DNA of 64,000 bases from Patescibacteria group bacterium. Its GTDB lineage: Bacteria; Patescibacteriota; Patescibacteriia; UBA9570; JAHJKD01. Below, in pieces: positions 47,205 to 57,632 of this stretch. Position 1 is the stretch's first letter; the number at the start of each line of letters is the position of its first letter. The position numbers and the translations under genes were made by a program. Location of the stretch: NCBI GenBank assembly GCA_041660885.1, contig JBAZVM010000001.1:102698-166697 (forward strand). The letters are read 5' to 3'. The notes below the pieces were generated by a model, which searched no databases, was not told where the DNA came from, and saw only the letters and a program-made list of their open reading frames with translations.

Positions 47205-47693
47205 TTATTTTAGATAACTATCAAAATAAATAGCATGGCAAGTATACCCACCGGGATTTTTTTGTAAGTAATCCTGATGATAGTCTTCTGCCGGATAAAA
47301 CTTTTTTAATGGTTCCAATGTCGTCACCACACGATCTTTCCACCGTTGGGATTTATTTACAATTTCAATAAAATTTTCAGCCTCTCTTTTTTCCTCCTCG
47401 TCACCGTAAAAAATTGCTGAACGATAAGAAGTACCAGTATCATTACCTTGCTGATTTAAGGTTGTAGGATTATGAATTTGAAAGAAAAAATCCAACAATT
47501 TACGGTATGAGGTTTTTCCGCTATCATAGTCTACTTGAACCGCTTCAGCATGACCTTCGTGATTTTCATAGGTTGGATTTTCTACCTGGCCGCCGGTATA
47601 GCCGACGACGGTGTCTATTACTCCAGGCTGTTTTTTGATCAGTTCTTCCATGCCCCAAAAACAACCACCGGCTAATACTATTTTTTTAACCAT
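47205..47693 (-). CDS. msrA: peptide-methionine (S)-S-oxide reductase
   Basis: [11 protein letters not shown]...GYTGG...NPTYE. Confidence 0.9.
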   Translation of the reverse strand: MVKKIVLAGGCFWGMEELIKKQPGVIDTVVGYTGGQVENPTYENHEGHAEAVQVDYDSGKTSYRKLLDFFFQIHNPTTLNQQGNDTGTSYRSAIFYGDEEEKREAENFIEIVNKSQRWKDRVVTTLEPLKKFYPAEDYHQDYLQKNPGGYTCHAIYFDSYLK

Positions 47694-47722
47694 ATTTTTT
47701 GCTTTCGAACCCGATTTCGTTT

Positions 47723-47815
<93 letters not shown>

Positions 47816-47919
47816 GTAATTACTTTTACCATAATAATAACAGCAAAGCAATATTTCCCAAAATCAAAAAAAATGGTTATAATTTACGAAGGAGATAATA
47901 ATTATCATTAAAAAATATT

Positions 47920-48684
47920 ATGGAAGCAAAATTCACAAAATTAAGGAAGTTTAATTTACTCATGTCCTTTTTTCATTTCGCCCAAGGCGTGGCTATGTTG
48001 CTTTTAAGCACCGATTTTAAGCTGCCTGTCACCACGGCTTTCGTGGAATTCGTTCCGCAATCCGGAAAATTAGAACCGGTTATGAAAACAGCGTTTGAAT
48101 TGCCTATTGGGCCTTTAGTGGCCGCGTTTTTATTTATTTGTTCTTTGGCGCATCTAATGATAGCTTTGCCGAAAATTAACGAGTGGTATGTAAAAAATCT
48201 GCAGAAGGGGGTTAATTTAGCCAGATGGATAGAATATTCTTTCAGTTCTTCCTTGATGATCGTAATAGTGGCCATGCTCACGGGCATGTATGATGGCGTA
48301 AGCTTGATGTTAATGTTCTTTTTAAACGCCACTATGCTTTTATTCGGGTGGATGATGGAAATTCATAATCAAACCACGGAAAAAACCAATTGGACTTCTT
48401 ATTTCTTCGGTTGCCTGGCCGGAGCCATTCCCTGGGTAGCCATTGCCTTGTATTTATTCTTATCCGGCGGGGATACCGGTAAAGCGCCTACCTTTGTTTA
48501 CTGGATTTTCTTCTCCATATTTCTATTCTTTAATGTTTTTGCCGTTAACATGATTTTGCAGTATAAAAAAGTGGGAAAATGGAAAAATTATATGTATGGC
48601 GAATACGTTTACATAATTTTAAGCTTGGTAGCCAAATCATTATTGGCTTGGCAGGTTTGGGCCGGAACATTAAGGCCGGTTTAA
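47920..48684 (+). CDS. heliorhodopsin
   Basis: 254 aa, 7 TM. ARWIEYSFSSSLMIVIVA and YIILSLVAKSLLAWQVWAGTLRPV align with RWVEYSLSSSVMIVLIA / YIVLSLVAKSALAWQIFSGTLIPA of the reference heliorhodopsin 48C12 as I recall it. The Schiff-base Lys (K239, nt 48634-48636), counterion Glu (E105) and both conserved His (H19, H78) are present. Confidence 0.85.
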   Translation: MEAKFTKLRKFNLLMSFFHFAQGVAMLLLSTDFKLPVTTAFVEFVPQSGKLEPVMKTAFELPIGPLVAAFLFICSLAHLMIALPKINEWYVKNLQKGVNLARWIEYSFSSSLMIVIVAMLTGMYDGVSLMLMFFLNATMLLFGWMMEIHNQTTEKTNWTSYFFGCLAGAIPWVAIALYLFLSGGDTGKAPTFVYWIFFSIFLFFNVFAVNMILQYKKVGKWKNYMYGEYVYIILSLVAKSLLAWQVWAGTLRPV

Positions 48685-49361
48685 AGAAGCGCTAAAGTTA
48701 AAGCGGCTATGGCCGCGGTTTCCGCCCGTAAAACGCGAGGGCCTAAAGTGTAAATTGTCGCTTGGGAGTTTTTAAACATGGCTAGTTCTTCCGGCGTCCA
48801 CCCGCCTTCGGGGCCGATAAATATGCTGGCTTTTTCGGTAATAGTGTTTTTGGAAAAGGGCTTTCCGGAAAAATCAAAAGCAATAATCGGCTTCGGCGCA
48901 GAAGCTAAAGCTTGTTTTAAATCCATTATCTTATTTAATTTGGGAATAATCACGCGGCCGGATTGCTCTGTGGCTTCTTTTAATATTTTTTCGCAGCGCT
49001 CTATTTTAATACTTTTTTTCTCACTGCGTTGCGCCAATACCGGTGTGAACGAGTCCGCTCCGATTTCCGTACCTTTTTGTAAAATCAATTCAAAATTATC
49101 GCGCTTGACTAAAGATTGGTACAAATGAATTTTATTTTTTGCTTCGCTAATATTTTTAAATTCCTTCATGATTTGAAAAGTTATTTGTTTTTTGTTAATA
49201 GTTTCTATTTGCGCTTGAAATTCTTTTTGTTTATTATCGAATAAAATAATATTTTCCCCAGCATGAAAACGCAACACATCTTTTAACTGATGAATGATCT
49301 CTTCATTTTCACAAGTAAAAGTTTTTCCGGAAATAGTTTGGTTGATATAGAATCGATGCAT
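48681..49361 (-). CDS. rsmE: 16S rRNA (uracil1498-N3)-methyltransferase
   Basis: MHRFYI... N-terminus and C-terminal IGPEGGWTPEE...LGPRVLRAETA. Confidence 0.85.
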   Translation of the reverse strand: MHRFYINQTISGKTFTCENEEIIHQLKDVLRFHAGENIILFDNKQKEFQAQIETINKKQITFQIMKEFKNISEAKNKIHLYQSLVKRDNFELILQKGTEIGADSFTPVLAQRSEKKSIKIERCEKILKEATEQSGRVIIPKLNKIMDLKQALASAPKPIIAFDFSGKPFSKNTITEKASIFIGPEGGWTPEELAMFKNSQATIYTLGPRVLRAETAAIAALTLALL

Positions 49362-49444
49362 TGGTAAAGCATAGCAATTTTTAGATTTTTTTCAACATTA
49401 CTCTTTGACAAAAGAGCAAAAATTTGCTAAAATATAGATAATAT

Positions 49445-50593
49445 ATGGTGGAATTAGTTGTTTTGAAAAAACGCCTCGGCCCTGTTTTGGGCAGGCATCC
49501 ATGGGTTTTCTCCGGCGCCTTGCAAAAAATCCCGGAAGGATTGCAAAACGGAGAGCCAATTCGGCTGGTTTCGGAAAACGGCCGTTTTTTAGCTTTGGGG
49601 TACTTCAATTCCTATTCCCAAATGGCCGTGCGCTTATGGGGCTTTGAGGAAAACGAAGAAGTGGATCAAAATTTTTTCACCAAGCGCGTAAAAAAAGCCT
49701 GGGCTATCAGGGAAAAATATTTAGATCAGAAAAAAAATAACGCCTTTCGCGTAATAAATAGCGAGAACGATTTTTTGCCCGGCTTGGTGGCGGATAAATA
49801 CGCCAATTATTTATCCATACAATTTCATAATCCCGGCATTAGGCGCTGGCAGCCGGAAATAATAAAAGCTTTGCAAGAGACGTTCCAACCAAAAGGGATA
49901 TTAATACGCGAAGAAAATAAAGTATCAGCCATAATAGGCGAGATTCCTGAGAAAGTGGAGATTTCAGAGAACGGCTATAAATTTCTAGTGAATTTAAAAG
50001 AAGGCCAGAAGACCGGATTTTTTTTAGACCAGCGCGACAAACGCGAAGCCATAAAAAAATATGTTTTTGGTAAAAAAGTGCTTAATTGTTTTTCGTACAC
50101 CGGCGGTTTTTCCGTTTATGCCTTGGCGGCGGGGGCTTCCCAGGTTATAAATGTGGATTCTTCTAAAGAAGCTATGGCTTTGGCTGAAGAAAATATTAAA
50201 ATAAACAATCTGCCATTGGAAAAAAGTGAATTTATTTGCGAAGATGTGAAAAAATATTTTTCGCAAGATATAAAAAATAAATTTGATGTGATTATTCTTG
50301 ATCCCCCGGCATTTATCAAAGACAGAAGAAAAATACGAGAAGGAATAGTGGGCTATAAAAAAATAAACGAATTGGCCATGGCGGCCTTGCCGGAAAACGG
50401 CATTTTAATAACCTGCTCCTGCTCCCAGCACTTGCCCATGAGAGATTTTCGCTTTTTATTATCCGAAGCCGCGGGCAAAGCGGGGCGCAACGCGCAGATT
50501 TTGGAAAGCTATACGCATGGCATAGACCATCCGCAGATAACTTCTTTTTCCGAAGCCGAGTATTTAAAATGTTTAATAATTTTAATAAGCTAA
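49445..50593 (+). CDS. class I SAM-dependent rRNA methyltransferase with PUA-like N-terminus (RlmI-like)
   Basis: GRHPWVFSGAL..., VLNCFSYTGGFSVYA, ILDPPAF. Confidence 0.7.
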   Translation: MVELVVLKKRLGPVLGRHPWVFSGALQKIPEGLQNGEPIRLVSENGRFLALGYFNSYSQMAVRLWGFEENEEVDQNFFTKRVKKAWAIREKYLDQKKNNAFRVINSENDFLPGLVADKYANYLSIQFHNPGIRRWQPEIIKALQETFQPKGILIREENKVSAIIGEIPEKVEISENGYKFLVNLKEGQKTGFFLDQRDKREAIKKYVFGKKVLNCFSYTGGFSVYALAAGASQVINVDSSKEAMALAEENIKINNLPLEKSEFICEDVKKYFSQDIKNKFDVIILDPPAFIKDRRKIREGIVGYKKINELAMAALPENGILITCSCSQHLPMRDFRFLLSEAAGKAGRNAQILESYTHGIDHPQITSFSEAEYLKCLIILIS

Positions 50594-50594
50594 C

Positions 50595-51671
50595 ATGAAT
50601 GTTTTTTTATTTGTTCTTTATTTAGCCGGAATCGCTGTAATTTTTTATTTGCTGGCGAAAATTTGCACGCATTATTTCGTGGAAAGCCTGGAGCTTTTCG
50701 CCAGAAAATTGAAAATGTCCGAAGATATTGCCGGAGCCACGCTCATGGCTCTGGGCGGCAGCGCTCCGGAGTTTTTAATAGTGATTATCAGTTTGTTGTA
50801 TCCCGGAAACCACGCTAATATCGGTGCCGGCGCTATCGTGGGCTCAGCCATATTCAATATATTAATGGTTATCGGAGCAGCCGCCGTACTGCATACGGCC
50901 AAGCTATCTTGGAAACCGGTGGTGCGGGATGTTACTTTTTATTTGATCGCCATTTTATCTTTATTTTTAATATTCCAAGATGGCGCCGTGCATTGGCACG
51001 AAGCCTTAACGCTGGTTTCTATATACTGCATTTATTTGTTCGCTTTGCGCACTTGGCAAAAGTTCTTGCCGAAAAAAGACAAGAAAATAATGCTGGATGA
51101 TTTTTCCGAAGACGTGGAAGCGCACGAGAAAAAAAGATTTTTCTTTGTGGAAAAATTATTGGGAAAAATTTTTATCGATCTTGATAAAAAACCAAAATAT
51201 TATTTATTCGTTTTCTTTGAATGTTTATTCTTTATCGCGCTGTTAAGCTGGGGGTTGGTAACCATTGCCATGAAAATAAGCAACATGCTGAATATTCCCG
51301 AAGCGTTTATCGCCTTAACCATCGTGGCCATCGGCACTTCCATACCCGATCTCATGGCCGCCAGCTTCATGGCCAAACGGGGCCGCGGCGGCATGGCCAT
51401 TGCCGATGCCCTGGGCAGCAATATATTCGATATCCTTTTCGGGTTCGGCTTTCCTTGGCTGGTTTACACCTTATTAACGCAAAGAGATTTGCTGGTAAGC
51501 ACGGAAAATTTGCACGGTTCGGTTTTATTGCTTTCCGCCACGGTAATCATGATTTTTTTACTGCTTTTATTGCGCCATTTCAAGATCGGCCGGTCCGTGG
51601 GCGTGCTATTGATTAGTTGCTATGGTTTATATATTATTTATACTATACTGCAAGTATTAAAAATCGCTTAA
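50595..51671 (+). CDS. CaCA-family sodium/calcium exchanger (YrbG-like)
   Basis: Alpha-repeat motifs GATLMALGGSAPEF and AIGTSIPDL. Confidence 0.75.
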   Translation: MNVFLFVLYLAGIAVIFYLLAKICTHYFVESLELFARKLKMSEDIAGATLMALGGSAPEFLIVIISLLYPGNHANIGAGAIVGSAIFNILMVIGAAAVLHTAKLSWKPVVRDVTFYLIAILSLFLIFQDGAVHWHEALTLVSIYCIYLFALRTWQKFLPKKDKKIMLDDFSEDVEAHEKKRFFFVEKLLGKIFIDLDKKPKYYLFVFFECLFFIALLSWGLVTIAMKISNMLNIPEAFIALTIVAIGTSIPDLMAASFMAKRGRGGMAIADALGSNIFDILFGFGFPWLVYTLLTQRDLLVSTENLHGSVLLLSATVIMIFLLLLLRHFKIGRSVGVLLISCYGLYIIYTILQVLKIA

Positions 51672-51682
51672 ATATTAACTAT

Positions 51683-52006
51683 ATGACAGATGTCGTAGCC
51701 TATTACGAATATTGGGACAATATAAGAAAAGGCATTAATGCTTTATACGCAGCGCATAAAATAGACGAAAAAAAGTTTGCACTTTGCCGAAAATTTATAG
51801 AAGATAACAGAATATTGTTTAATAGCAATATTGATGAATTTTTACAAAAAGTTGAAACAGAACTGGCCCCGCAACTGGGCTATACTACAGATGAATTAGC
51901 CACAATAGGAGTGGACAACGAGCATGGTTTGGAAGTGGTGGAAGCAGAACGCATAACGGAAGAAGCTAAAATTTTACCTTTTGATCCCGGCAGAAGAAGA
52001 AAATAA
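51683..52006 (+). CDS. hypothetical protein
   Basis: ORF starting MTDVVAYYEYWDN; no family recognised. Confidence 0.35.
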   Translation: MTDVVAYYEYWDNIRKGINALYAAHKIDEKKFALCRKFIEDNRILFNSNIDEFLQKVETELAPQLGYTTDELATIGVDNEHGLEVVEAERITEEAKILPFDPGRRRK

Positions 52007-52030
52007 TTTAATAATTATTAATATAAATAT

Positions 52031-52510
52031 ATGCCAACAGTTCAAGATTTATTAGACGGTTTAAGCAATGTCCCTTTTATCGAAAGAGGATTTGAAGGCG
52101 ATAATAAAGGAAAACGAGCAAAATTTGTTATGGGAATTAGCGAAGCAAAAAATAAGCTAGAAGCAAATATTGCAGCGGTTGATCCTTTATTATTAAATAA
52201 AGAAGTTCCGCCAGAAGCTTTAAATGAAGTCAAACATGCTTTTTTAGGGAGCATGACTCTCTTTGAAAAAGGCGAACACTTAGAGCGCCAGGCTGAAATA
52301 TTATCTAACAGAATCAGAAAATCTTTGGGATTGCCATCATTTGATGTTGAAAACGAGGAAACTCCTACCGAGGAAATTGAAATATTTGAACCTCATTTAG
52401 TAGATCAATCTAGCAAAGATGCAAACTCGGCTGATGAGAGAAAAAATCCAGATATTGACCCAAATAATGATCCGGAAAAAAGAAGAAAAGGAATTCATTT
52501 AGTAAGATAA
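52031..52510 (+). CDS. hypothetical acidic protein
   Basis: 159-aa ORF; no family recognised. Confidence 0.35.
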   Translation: MPTVQDLLDGLSNVPFIERGFEGDNKGKRAKFVMGISEAKNKLEANIAAVDPLLLNKEVPPEALNEVKHAFLGSMTLFEKGEHLERQAEILSNRIRKSLGLPSFDVENEETPTEEIEIFEPHLVDQSSKDANSADERKNPDIDPNNDPEKRRKGIHLVR

Positions 52511-52515
52511 TATAA

Positions 52516-53082
52516 ATGATTGCCTATATAAAAGGAAAAATAAAATTTAAAGGAAGCTACTTAATAGTAGAGACGCACGGCGTGGGATACAAAGTGGCCG
52601 TGGTTTTGGATATACTGAATAATAAGAAAGTGGGAGACGAAGTAGAATTTTTCGTGCATCAGCACTTACGGGATGACGCCGATGATTTGTACGGTTTTGT
52701 TACCATGGAAGAGTTGAATTTTTTTGAAGATTTGATTTCCGTTTCCGGGGTCGGACCGAAATCGGCCATGAATATTATCGCCCGGTTTAAGATAGACGAA
52801 ATAAAAAAGTCTATCGTGAATGAAGATGCTACCTTGCTTACCAAAGTTTCTGGCATTGGCAAAAAAACCGCGGCGCGCTTGATACTGGAACTGAAAAATA
52901 AATTGGATTTCGTGGATGTACCGGGAAAGAAAGCCTCTTCTCATTCCAAAACAGAAGACGAAGCCATCGACGCTTTAATTTCCTTGGGTTATTCCCGCTC
53001 CCAAGCCTGGCAGGCTTTGCAGAAAATAGATAAAAATCTTTCTTTAGAGGACAAAGTGAGGCAAGCTTTAAAACATGTATAA
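52516..53082 (+). CDS. ruvA: Holliday junction DNA helicase subunit RuvA
   Basis: MIAYIKGKI...VETHGVGYKV...ISVSGVGPKSA...VSGIGKKTAARL. Confidence 0.9.
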   Translation: MIAYIKGKIKFKGSYLIVETHGVGYKVAVVLDILNNKKVGDEVEFFVHQHLRDDADDLYGFVTMEELNFFEDLISVSGVGPKSAMNIIARFKIDEIKKSIVNEDATLLTKVSGIGKKTAARLILELKNKLDFVDVPGKKASSHSKTEDEAIDALISLGYSRSQAWQALQKIDKNLSLEDKVRQALKHV

Positions 53083-54019
53083 AATCTTTGAAATAAACAA
53101 TCAAGAAAAATGGGACAAATGGATCCAAAAGAATAATGGATCCTTTTTGCAGTCTTGGCTTTGGGGCCAATTTCAAAAAATATACGGCCGGAAAATTTTT
53201 TATATGGGTTTGGAAGAAGATGGCCAGATGATCGCTGGAGCTTTGCTTATAAAATACCCTTTGCCCATGGGAAAACATTATTTTTTTACTCCGGCCGGAC
53301 CCGTGGTTTATCATCATGAATTGGAAAAAGCCATGCGCGAGTTGGCGAAAAAAGAAGGCGTGCTTTTTTGGCGTTTGGAAAACGGCAAAAGTAAATTAGC
53401 CAAAAAAGTGAAAGACATTCACCCCGCGTGCACTTTAATTTTGTCCCTAAAAGGAAAAAGTGAAGAGGATTTACTGAAAGAGATGAAGCCAAAAACAAGA
53501 TATAATATAAAATTGGCGCAAAAAAAAGGAGTAGTTATTAAAATCACCGACAATATAGAAAAATTTTATGAGTTAGCCAGAAAAACCGCCAGCCGGCAGA
53601 AGATCGGCCTCCACCCCAAAGGTTATTACGCGGCTATGCTGGCTTCTTTGGAAGATAAAGGTTTTTTAAAATTATATACCGCCGAATATCAAGGAAAGAT
53701 TATTGCGGCTAACTTGGTGGTTTTTTATAACGATACCGTAGTGTATCTTCATGGCGGTACCGGAGATGAATATCGCGAAGTAATGGCCCCGCATCTTTTG
53801 CAGTGGCAAGCCATTTGCGACGCCCTGAAAAAAGGGTACGCTAATTATGATTTTTTTGGCATCACGGAAAGTGAAGACCCAAACCATCCTTGGGCCGGCA
53901 TTACCAGATTTAAAAAAGGGTTTGGCGGCAGCATTAAGAAGTTTACAGGTACCTACGAGATTCCCATAGACAAAACATGGTATAATATATATAGGATGGT
54001 AAAAAAAATAAGGCCATGA
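53075..54019 (+). CDS. FemAB-family peptidoglycan interpeptide-bridge aminoacyltransferase
   Basis: FLQSWLWGQFQ..., KTRYNIKLAQKKG, YLHGGTGDEY. Confidence 0.75.
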   Translation: MYKIFEINNQEKWDKWIQKNNGSFLQSWLWGQFQKIYGRKIFYMGLEEDGQMIAGALLIKYPLPMGKHYFFTPAGPVVYHHELEKAMRELAKKEGVLFWRLENGKSKLAKKVKDIHPACTLILSLKGKSEEDLLKEMKPKTRYNIKLAQKKGVVIKITDNIEKFYELARKTASRQKIGLHPKGYYAAMLASLEDKGFLKLYTAEYQGKIIAANLVVFYNDTVVYLHGGTGDEYREVMAPHLLQWQAICDALKKGYANYDFFGITESEDPNHPWAGITRFKKGFGGSIKKFTGTYEIPIDKTWYNIYRMVKKIRP

Positions 54020-54720
54020 AAATATTCGTTGCCGCGGCCGGAAAAGGCACGCGCATGAAAGAATTGACTTTGAACAAACCCAAGCACCTGATTGAAATAA
54101 AAGGCCGGTCTTTTTTGCATTATTTATTAGAGAATATAAAAAAAGCGGGGTATAAAGAAATATACGTTATCGGCGGATATAAAATCGATGAAATGAAAGA
54201 ATTTATTTCCGATTATGACCATAAAATTGTTTTAATTAATCAACATGAAATTATCAAGGATGGAAGCTATGGCACTATTCCTCCGGTAAAAAGCATTAAG
54301 CATCTTGTTAAGGAAGAAAATTTTATTTTTGTGGCCGGCGATAATTTATATTCTGAAAAAGACTTAAGAAATTTTAATACTCTGGAAGATAATTATTGTT
54401 ATGTGGGCGGTTTTATCCATGAACATCCGGAACATTATGGAGTATTAAAAACCGACGGAGATTTTTTAGATTCTATACACGAAAAGCCTAAAGAGAAAAT
54501 CGGCAACTTAATCAATACCGGATTATATAAATTTACCAAAGATATTTTTCCGGCTATTGACCAAGTAAAGATTTCTCAGCGCGGTGAATATGAGTTAACG
54601 GACGCGATAAATAATTTAGCCAAAGAGAAAAAAGTTAAAGTAGCTAATCTGGAAGATTATTGGTATGATTTTGGCAAGCCGGAAGACATAAAGATTATTG
54701 AAAATTTTTTAAATAAATGA
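54016..54720 (+). CDS. sugar-phosphate nucleotidyltransferase
   Basis: MKIFVAAAGKGTRMKELTLNKPKHLI. Confidence 0.7.
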   Translation: MKIFVAAAGKGTRMKELTLNKPKHLIEIKGRSFLHYLLENIKKAGYKEIYVIGGYKIDEMKEFISDYDHKIVLINQHEIIKDGSYGTIPPVKSIKHLVKEENFIFVAGDNLYSEKDLRNFNTLEDNYCYVGGFIHEHPEHYGVLKTDGDFLDSIHEKPKEKIGNLINTGLYKFTKDIFPAIDQVKISQRGEYELTDAINNLAKEKKVKVANLEDYWYDFGKPEDIKIIENFLNK

Positions 54721-55634
54721 AGAATATAGTCACCATCGGCGGCGGCAACGGGCAATCCATGTTATTGCGCGAATTAAAAAAATATAATTGGCATATTACC
54801 TCCGTGGTTTCCATGGTAGATAACGGCGGATCCACGGGCCGATTGCGCGAAGAATTCGGCGTGCTTCCCTCGGGGGACATTCGCCGCTGTTTGTCCGCGC
54901 TGGCCACCAAGAATAAGCCGTTGCAGGAATTAATGGCGTATCGCTTTCCTCAAGGTGATTTAAAAGGGCATAATTTGGGAAATTTATTAATGCTGATATT
55001 GGAAAAAGAGCTGGGCGGTTACGAAAAAATGATCGAGCACTTAAGCAAGGAGTTAAAAATAAAAGGGCGGGCTTTACCTGTCACTCTGCAGCCGACAAAT
55101 TTGATAGCCGAACTTAATAACGGAAAAAAAATATTCGGTGAAACCAATATTGATGTTCCCAAGCATAATACTGATTCTAAAATAAAAAAAGTTTATTTGG
55201 AAAAAAAAGTTAAAGCTAATCCGAAAGTTCTCTCCGCCATCAAACAAGCCGATTATATCGTTTATACCATTGGCGATTTATATACCAGCATTATTCCTAA
55301 TTTATTGGTTGCTGGGGTTAAAGAAGCTATTGAAAAATCTAAAGCCCAAAAAATTTATACTTGCAATCGCACTACGAAAAAAGGAGAAACTCATGGTTTT
55401 ACCGTGGCCGATTATGTTTTTGTGCTAAAGCAATATTTGGGAAAGAATTCTTTGGATTATATAATAGTAGATAAAAATATCGCCAAGCCTCCAAAAGGTT
55501 ATGAACTAGTAAAATGCATCGAGCCAGTAGAGGCCGAGGTTATTAAAGCGGATATATCTTCTGAGGAAGATCGGGCGCATATTAATGCAAAAAAATTAGC
55601 CAAAGCAATCTGGAATTTATGCCAAAAACCATAA
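54717..55634 (+). CDS. YvcK/CofD-family (UPF0052) protein
   Basis: IVTIGGGNGQSMLLRELK...VSMVDNGGSTGRLR...GDIRRCL. Confidence 0.8.
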   Translation: MKNIVTIGGGNGQSMLLRELKKYNWHITSVVSMVDNGGSTGRLREEFGVLPSGDIRRCLSALATKNKPLQELMAYRFPQGDLKGHNLGNLLMLILEKELGGYEKMIEHLSKELKIKGRALPVTLQPTNLIAELNNGKKIFGETNIDVPKHNTDSKIKKVYLEKKVKANPKVLSAIKQADYIVYTIGDLYTSIIPNLLVAGVKEAIEKSKAQKIYTCNRTTKKGETHGFTVADYVFVLKQYLGKNSLDYIIVDKNIAKPPKGYELVKCIEPVEAEVIKADISSEEDRAHINAKKLAKAIWNLCQKP

Positions 55635-56188
55635 TAATAGATTTCGACCATACTCTATTTAACGCCCAACTTTTTAAAAAAGCTATTGCCAAAGCTTTAG
55701 GCATGTCTTTAGCTGATTGGGAAAAAGATTATCAGAAAAACAAGAAAAAGTTCACGCATTATAATTATAAACAGCAAATTAAAAATCTGCCTTTAGCCAA
55801 TCAAAAGAAGTTTTTAAATATTCTAAAGAATTCCAATAAATATTTATATAAAGACGCGATTATTTTTTTGCGTTCTATTAAAAATAATAAAATCATCCTC
55901 TTATCTAAGGGGGAGCCATCTTTGCAGGAACAGAAGATTATTAATTCTGGGGTGAAAAAATATCTGCAAATAAAAACAACTGATCGTCCGAAAGTTGAAT
56001 TTATTAAGAAAATAAAAAATAAAGAAAATATTATTTTTATTAATGATAGAGGAAAAGAAATAGACGAGATAAAAAAAGTATACCCGAATGTTTACGTCAT
56101 CTGGGTGCGCCGAACTAATGGCCAATATAAAAACGAGCCGTGTAAAAAATACGATAAAAAAGTAAATAATTTAAAAATTAAATTATAA
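55619..56188 (+). CDS. HAD-like hydrolase
   Basis: IIIDFDHTLF (the DxDxT motif). Confidence 0.5.
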   Translation: MPKTIIIDFDHTLFNAQLFKKAIAKALGMSLADWEKDYQKNKKKFTHYNYKQQIKNLPLANQKKFLNILKNSNKYLYKDAIIFLRSIKNNKIILLSKGEPSLQEQKIINSGVKKYLQIKTTDRPKVEFIKKIKNKENIIFINDRGKEIDEIKKVYPNVYVIWVRRTNGQYKNEPCKKYDKKVNNLKIKL

Positions 56189-56193
56189 AAACT

Positions 56194-56454
56194 ATGGAAT
56201 TAATATTCAGCGGTGGTAAACCATGTTTTCCTTTTGGGAAACATAATTTGTATTTTATCAGCGAACAAACAGATAAGGCCAATGGTATTGAACTTGGAGT
56301 AGCAAAAGAAATTGCTGGTTTAATAAAAGAAAAATATGGTGATTTATCTGCAGCGACTGTTGGAACCGGTAAAGAAGGAATAAAAAGTACACACGATGCA
56401 AGAAGATATTGTGTTCGAAATAATGGAGGAGTGTATTACCTGGAAATTAAGTAA
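56194..56454 (+). CDS. hypothetical protein
   Basis: 86-aa ORF in operon context; no family recognised. Confidence 0.3.
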   Translation: MELIFSGGKPCFPFGKHNLYFISEQTDKANGIELGVAKEIAGLIKEKYGDLSAATVGTGKEGIKSTHDARRYCVRNNGGVYYLEIK

Positions 56455-56460
56455 ATTTTA

Positions 56461-57542
56461 ATGAAAATTTATTCAGTAACGGAATTTAACAAAGAAGTTA
56501 ATACTCTGCTTTCGGATATAACGGTTGCGTGCAAGGAGAAGTGGCTAATTTTAAAATCAGCCAGAATCGTTTTGTTTGGTTTGAGCTGAAAGACAACAAA
56601 AGTTACTTCTCTTGTTTTTTAATGGTTTTTAATTTGCGCGTGCAGTTAGAGGATGGCATGTCCGTGCAGCTGATCGGCTGCCCGGGATTGTTTACCAAAT
56701 CCGGACGGTTTCATTTCGCGGTAAAAGAAATAAAATTAGTGGGAGAGGGAACTTTAAAGAAAGAATTTGAGTTGCTCAAAAAAAAGTTAGAGCAAGAAGG
56801 CTTGTTTGCCACGGAAAGAAAAAGAATTATCCCGCGGTTTCCGCAAAAAATTGGCTTGATAACTTCGCAAGACGCGGCTGCATATACAGATGTAATGCGC
56901 ATATTGAAAAATCGCTGGGCTGGCTTATCTATTTATTTTTATCCGGTTTCCGTGCAAGGGCAGTCGGCTGTTAATGATATTGTTGGCGCGTTTCACTATT
57001 TTAATGCTCATGATTATAAATTTGACGCAGTAATTCTCACCAGGGGCGGGGGTTCCATGGAAGATCTTTGGGCTTTTAATACCGAAGAAATATGCCGCGC
57101 GGTTTTCGGAAGCCGCTACCCTGTGGTTTCCGCCATAGGCCACGAGCGAGATGTAACTTTGGTAGATTACGTGGCTGATGTGCGCGCGGCCACGCCTTCT
57201 AATGCCGCGGAAATGGTAGTGCCGCACAAAGATGATGTGATTTTTCAAATCAACACACTGGTAGAAAGCCAGAGCAGAAATATGGAAGCGTATTTTGAAG
57301 AAAAAAATTTAATTCTTGATAATTTCAGTAATTCTTTAGATAATTTGGTTGCTTCTTTGCAAGAAAAAATAGAACATAATATCAGCTTGCTGAAATCGTA
57401 TAATCCGCGCCAAGTTTTATCCCGTGGATACAGCATCACTAAACATCAGGGTAAGATTATTAAAGATGGAAAAAAGCTAAAGAAAAATGATATAATAGAA
57501 ACGCAGTTTTTTAATGGTAAAAGATTATCTAAAGTAAATTAA
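56461..57542 (+). pseudogene. xseA: exodeoxyribonuclease VII large subunit with an apparent frameshift near 56525-56531 (or an assembly error)
   Basis: The frame from ATG 56461 gives the canonical N-terminus MKIYSVTEFNKEVNTLLSDITVA and then stops at about 56587. The rest (VQGEVANFKISQNRFVWFELKD...GGGS.EDLW.FN) is in the -1 frame, starting at 56529. Confidence 0.65.
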
Positions 57543-57544
57543 GT

Positions 57545-57618
57545 CCTCTCCCCTTTACCCCAAACCCCTTTTCCCCTCCCCGTTTCCGGGGATGGGCAAA
57601 GGGGAAAAAGGGAAAGAG
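57545..57618. repeat. G/C-rich hairpin repeat, solo copy (…CCCCTCCCC-GTTTCC-GGGGATGGG…)
   Basis: A long imperfect hairpin related to the two repeats flanking DUF559; lies between xseA and xseB. Confidence 0.7.
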
Positions 57619-57632
57619 TAAATAATAAATTT

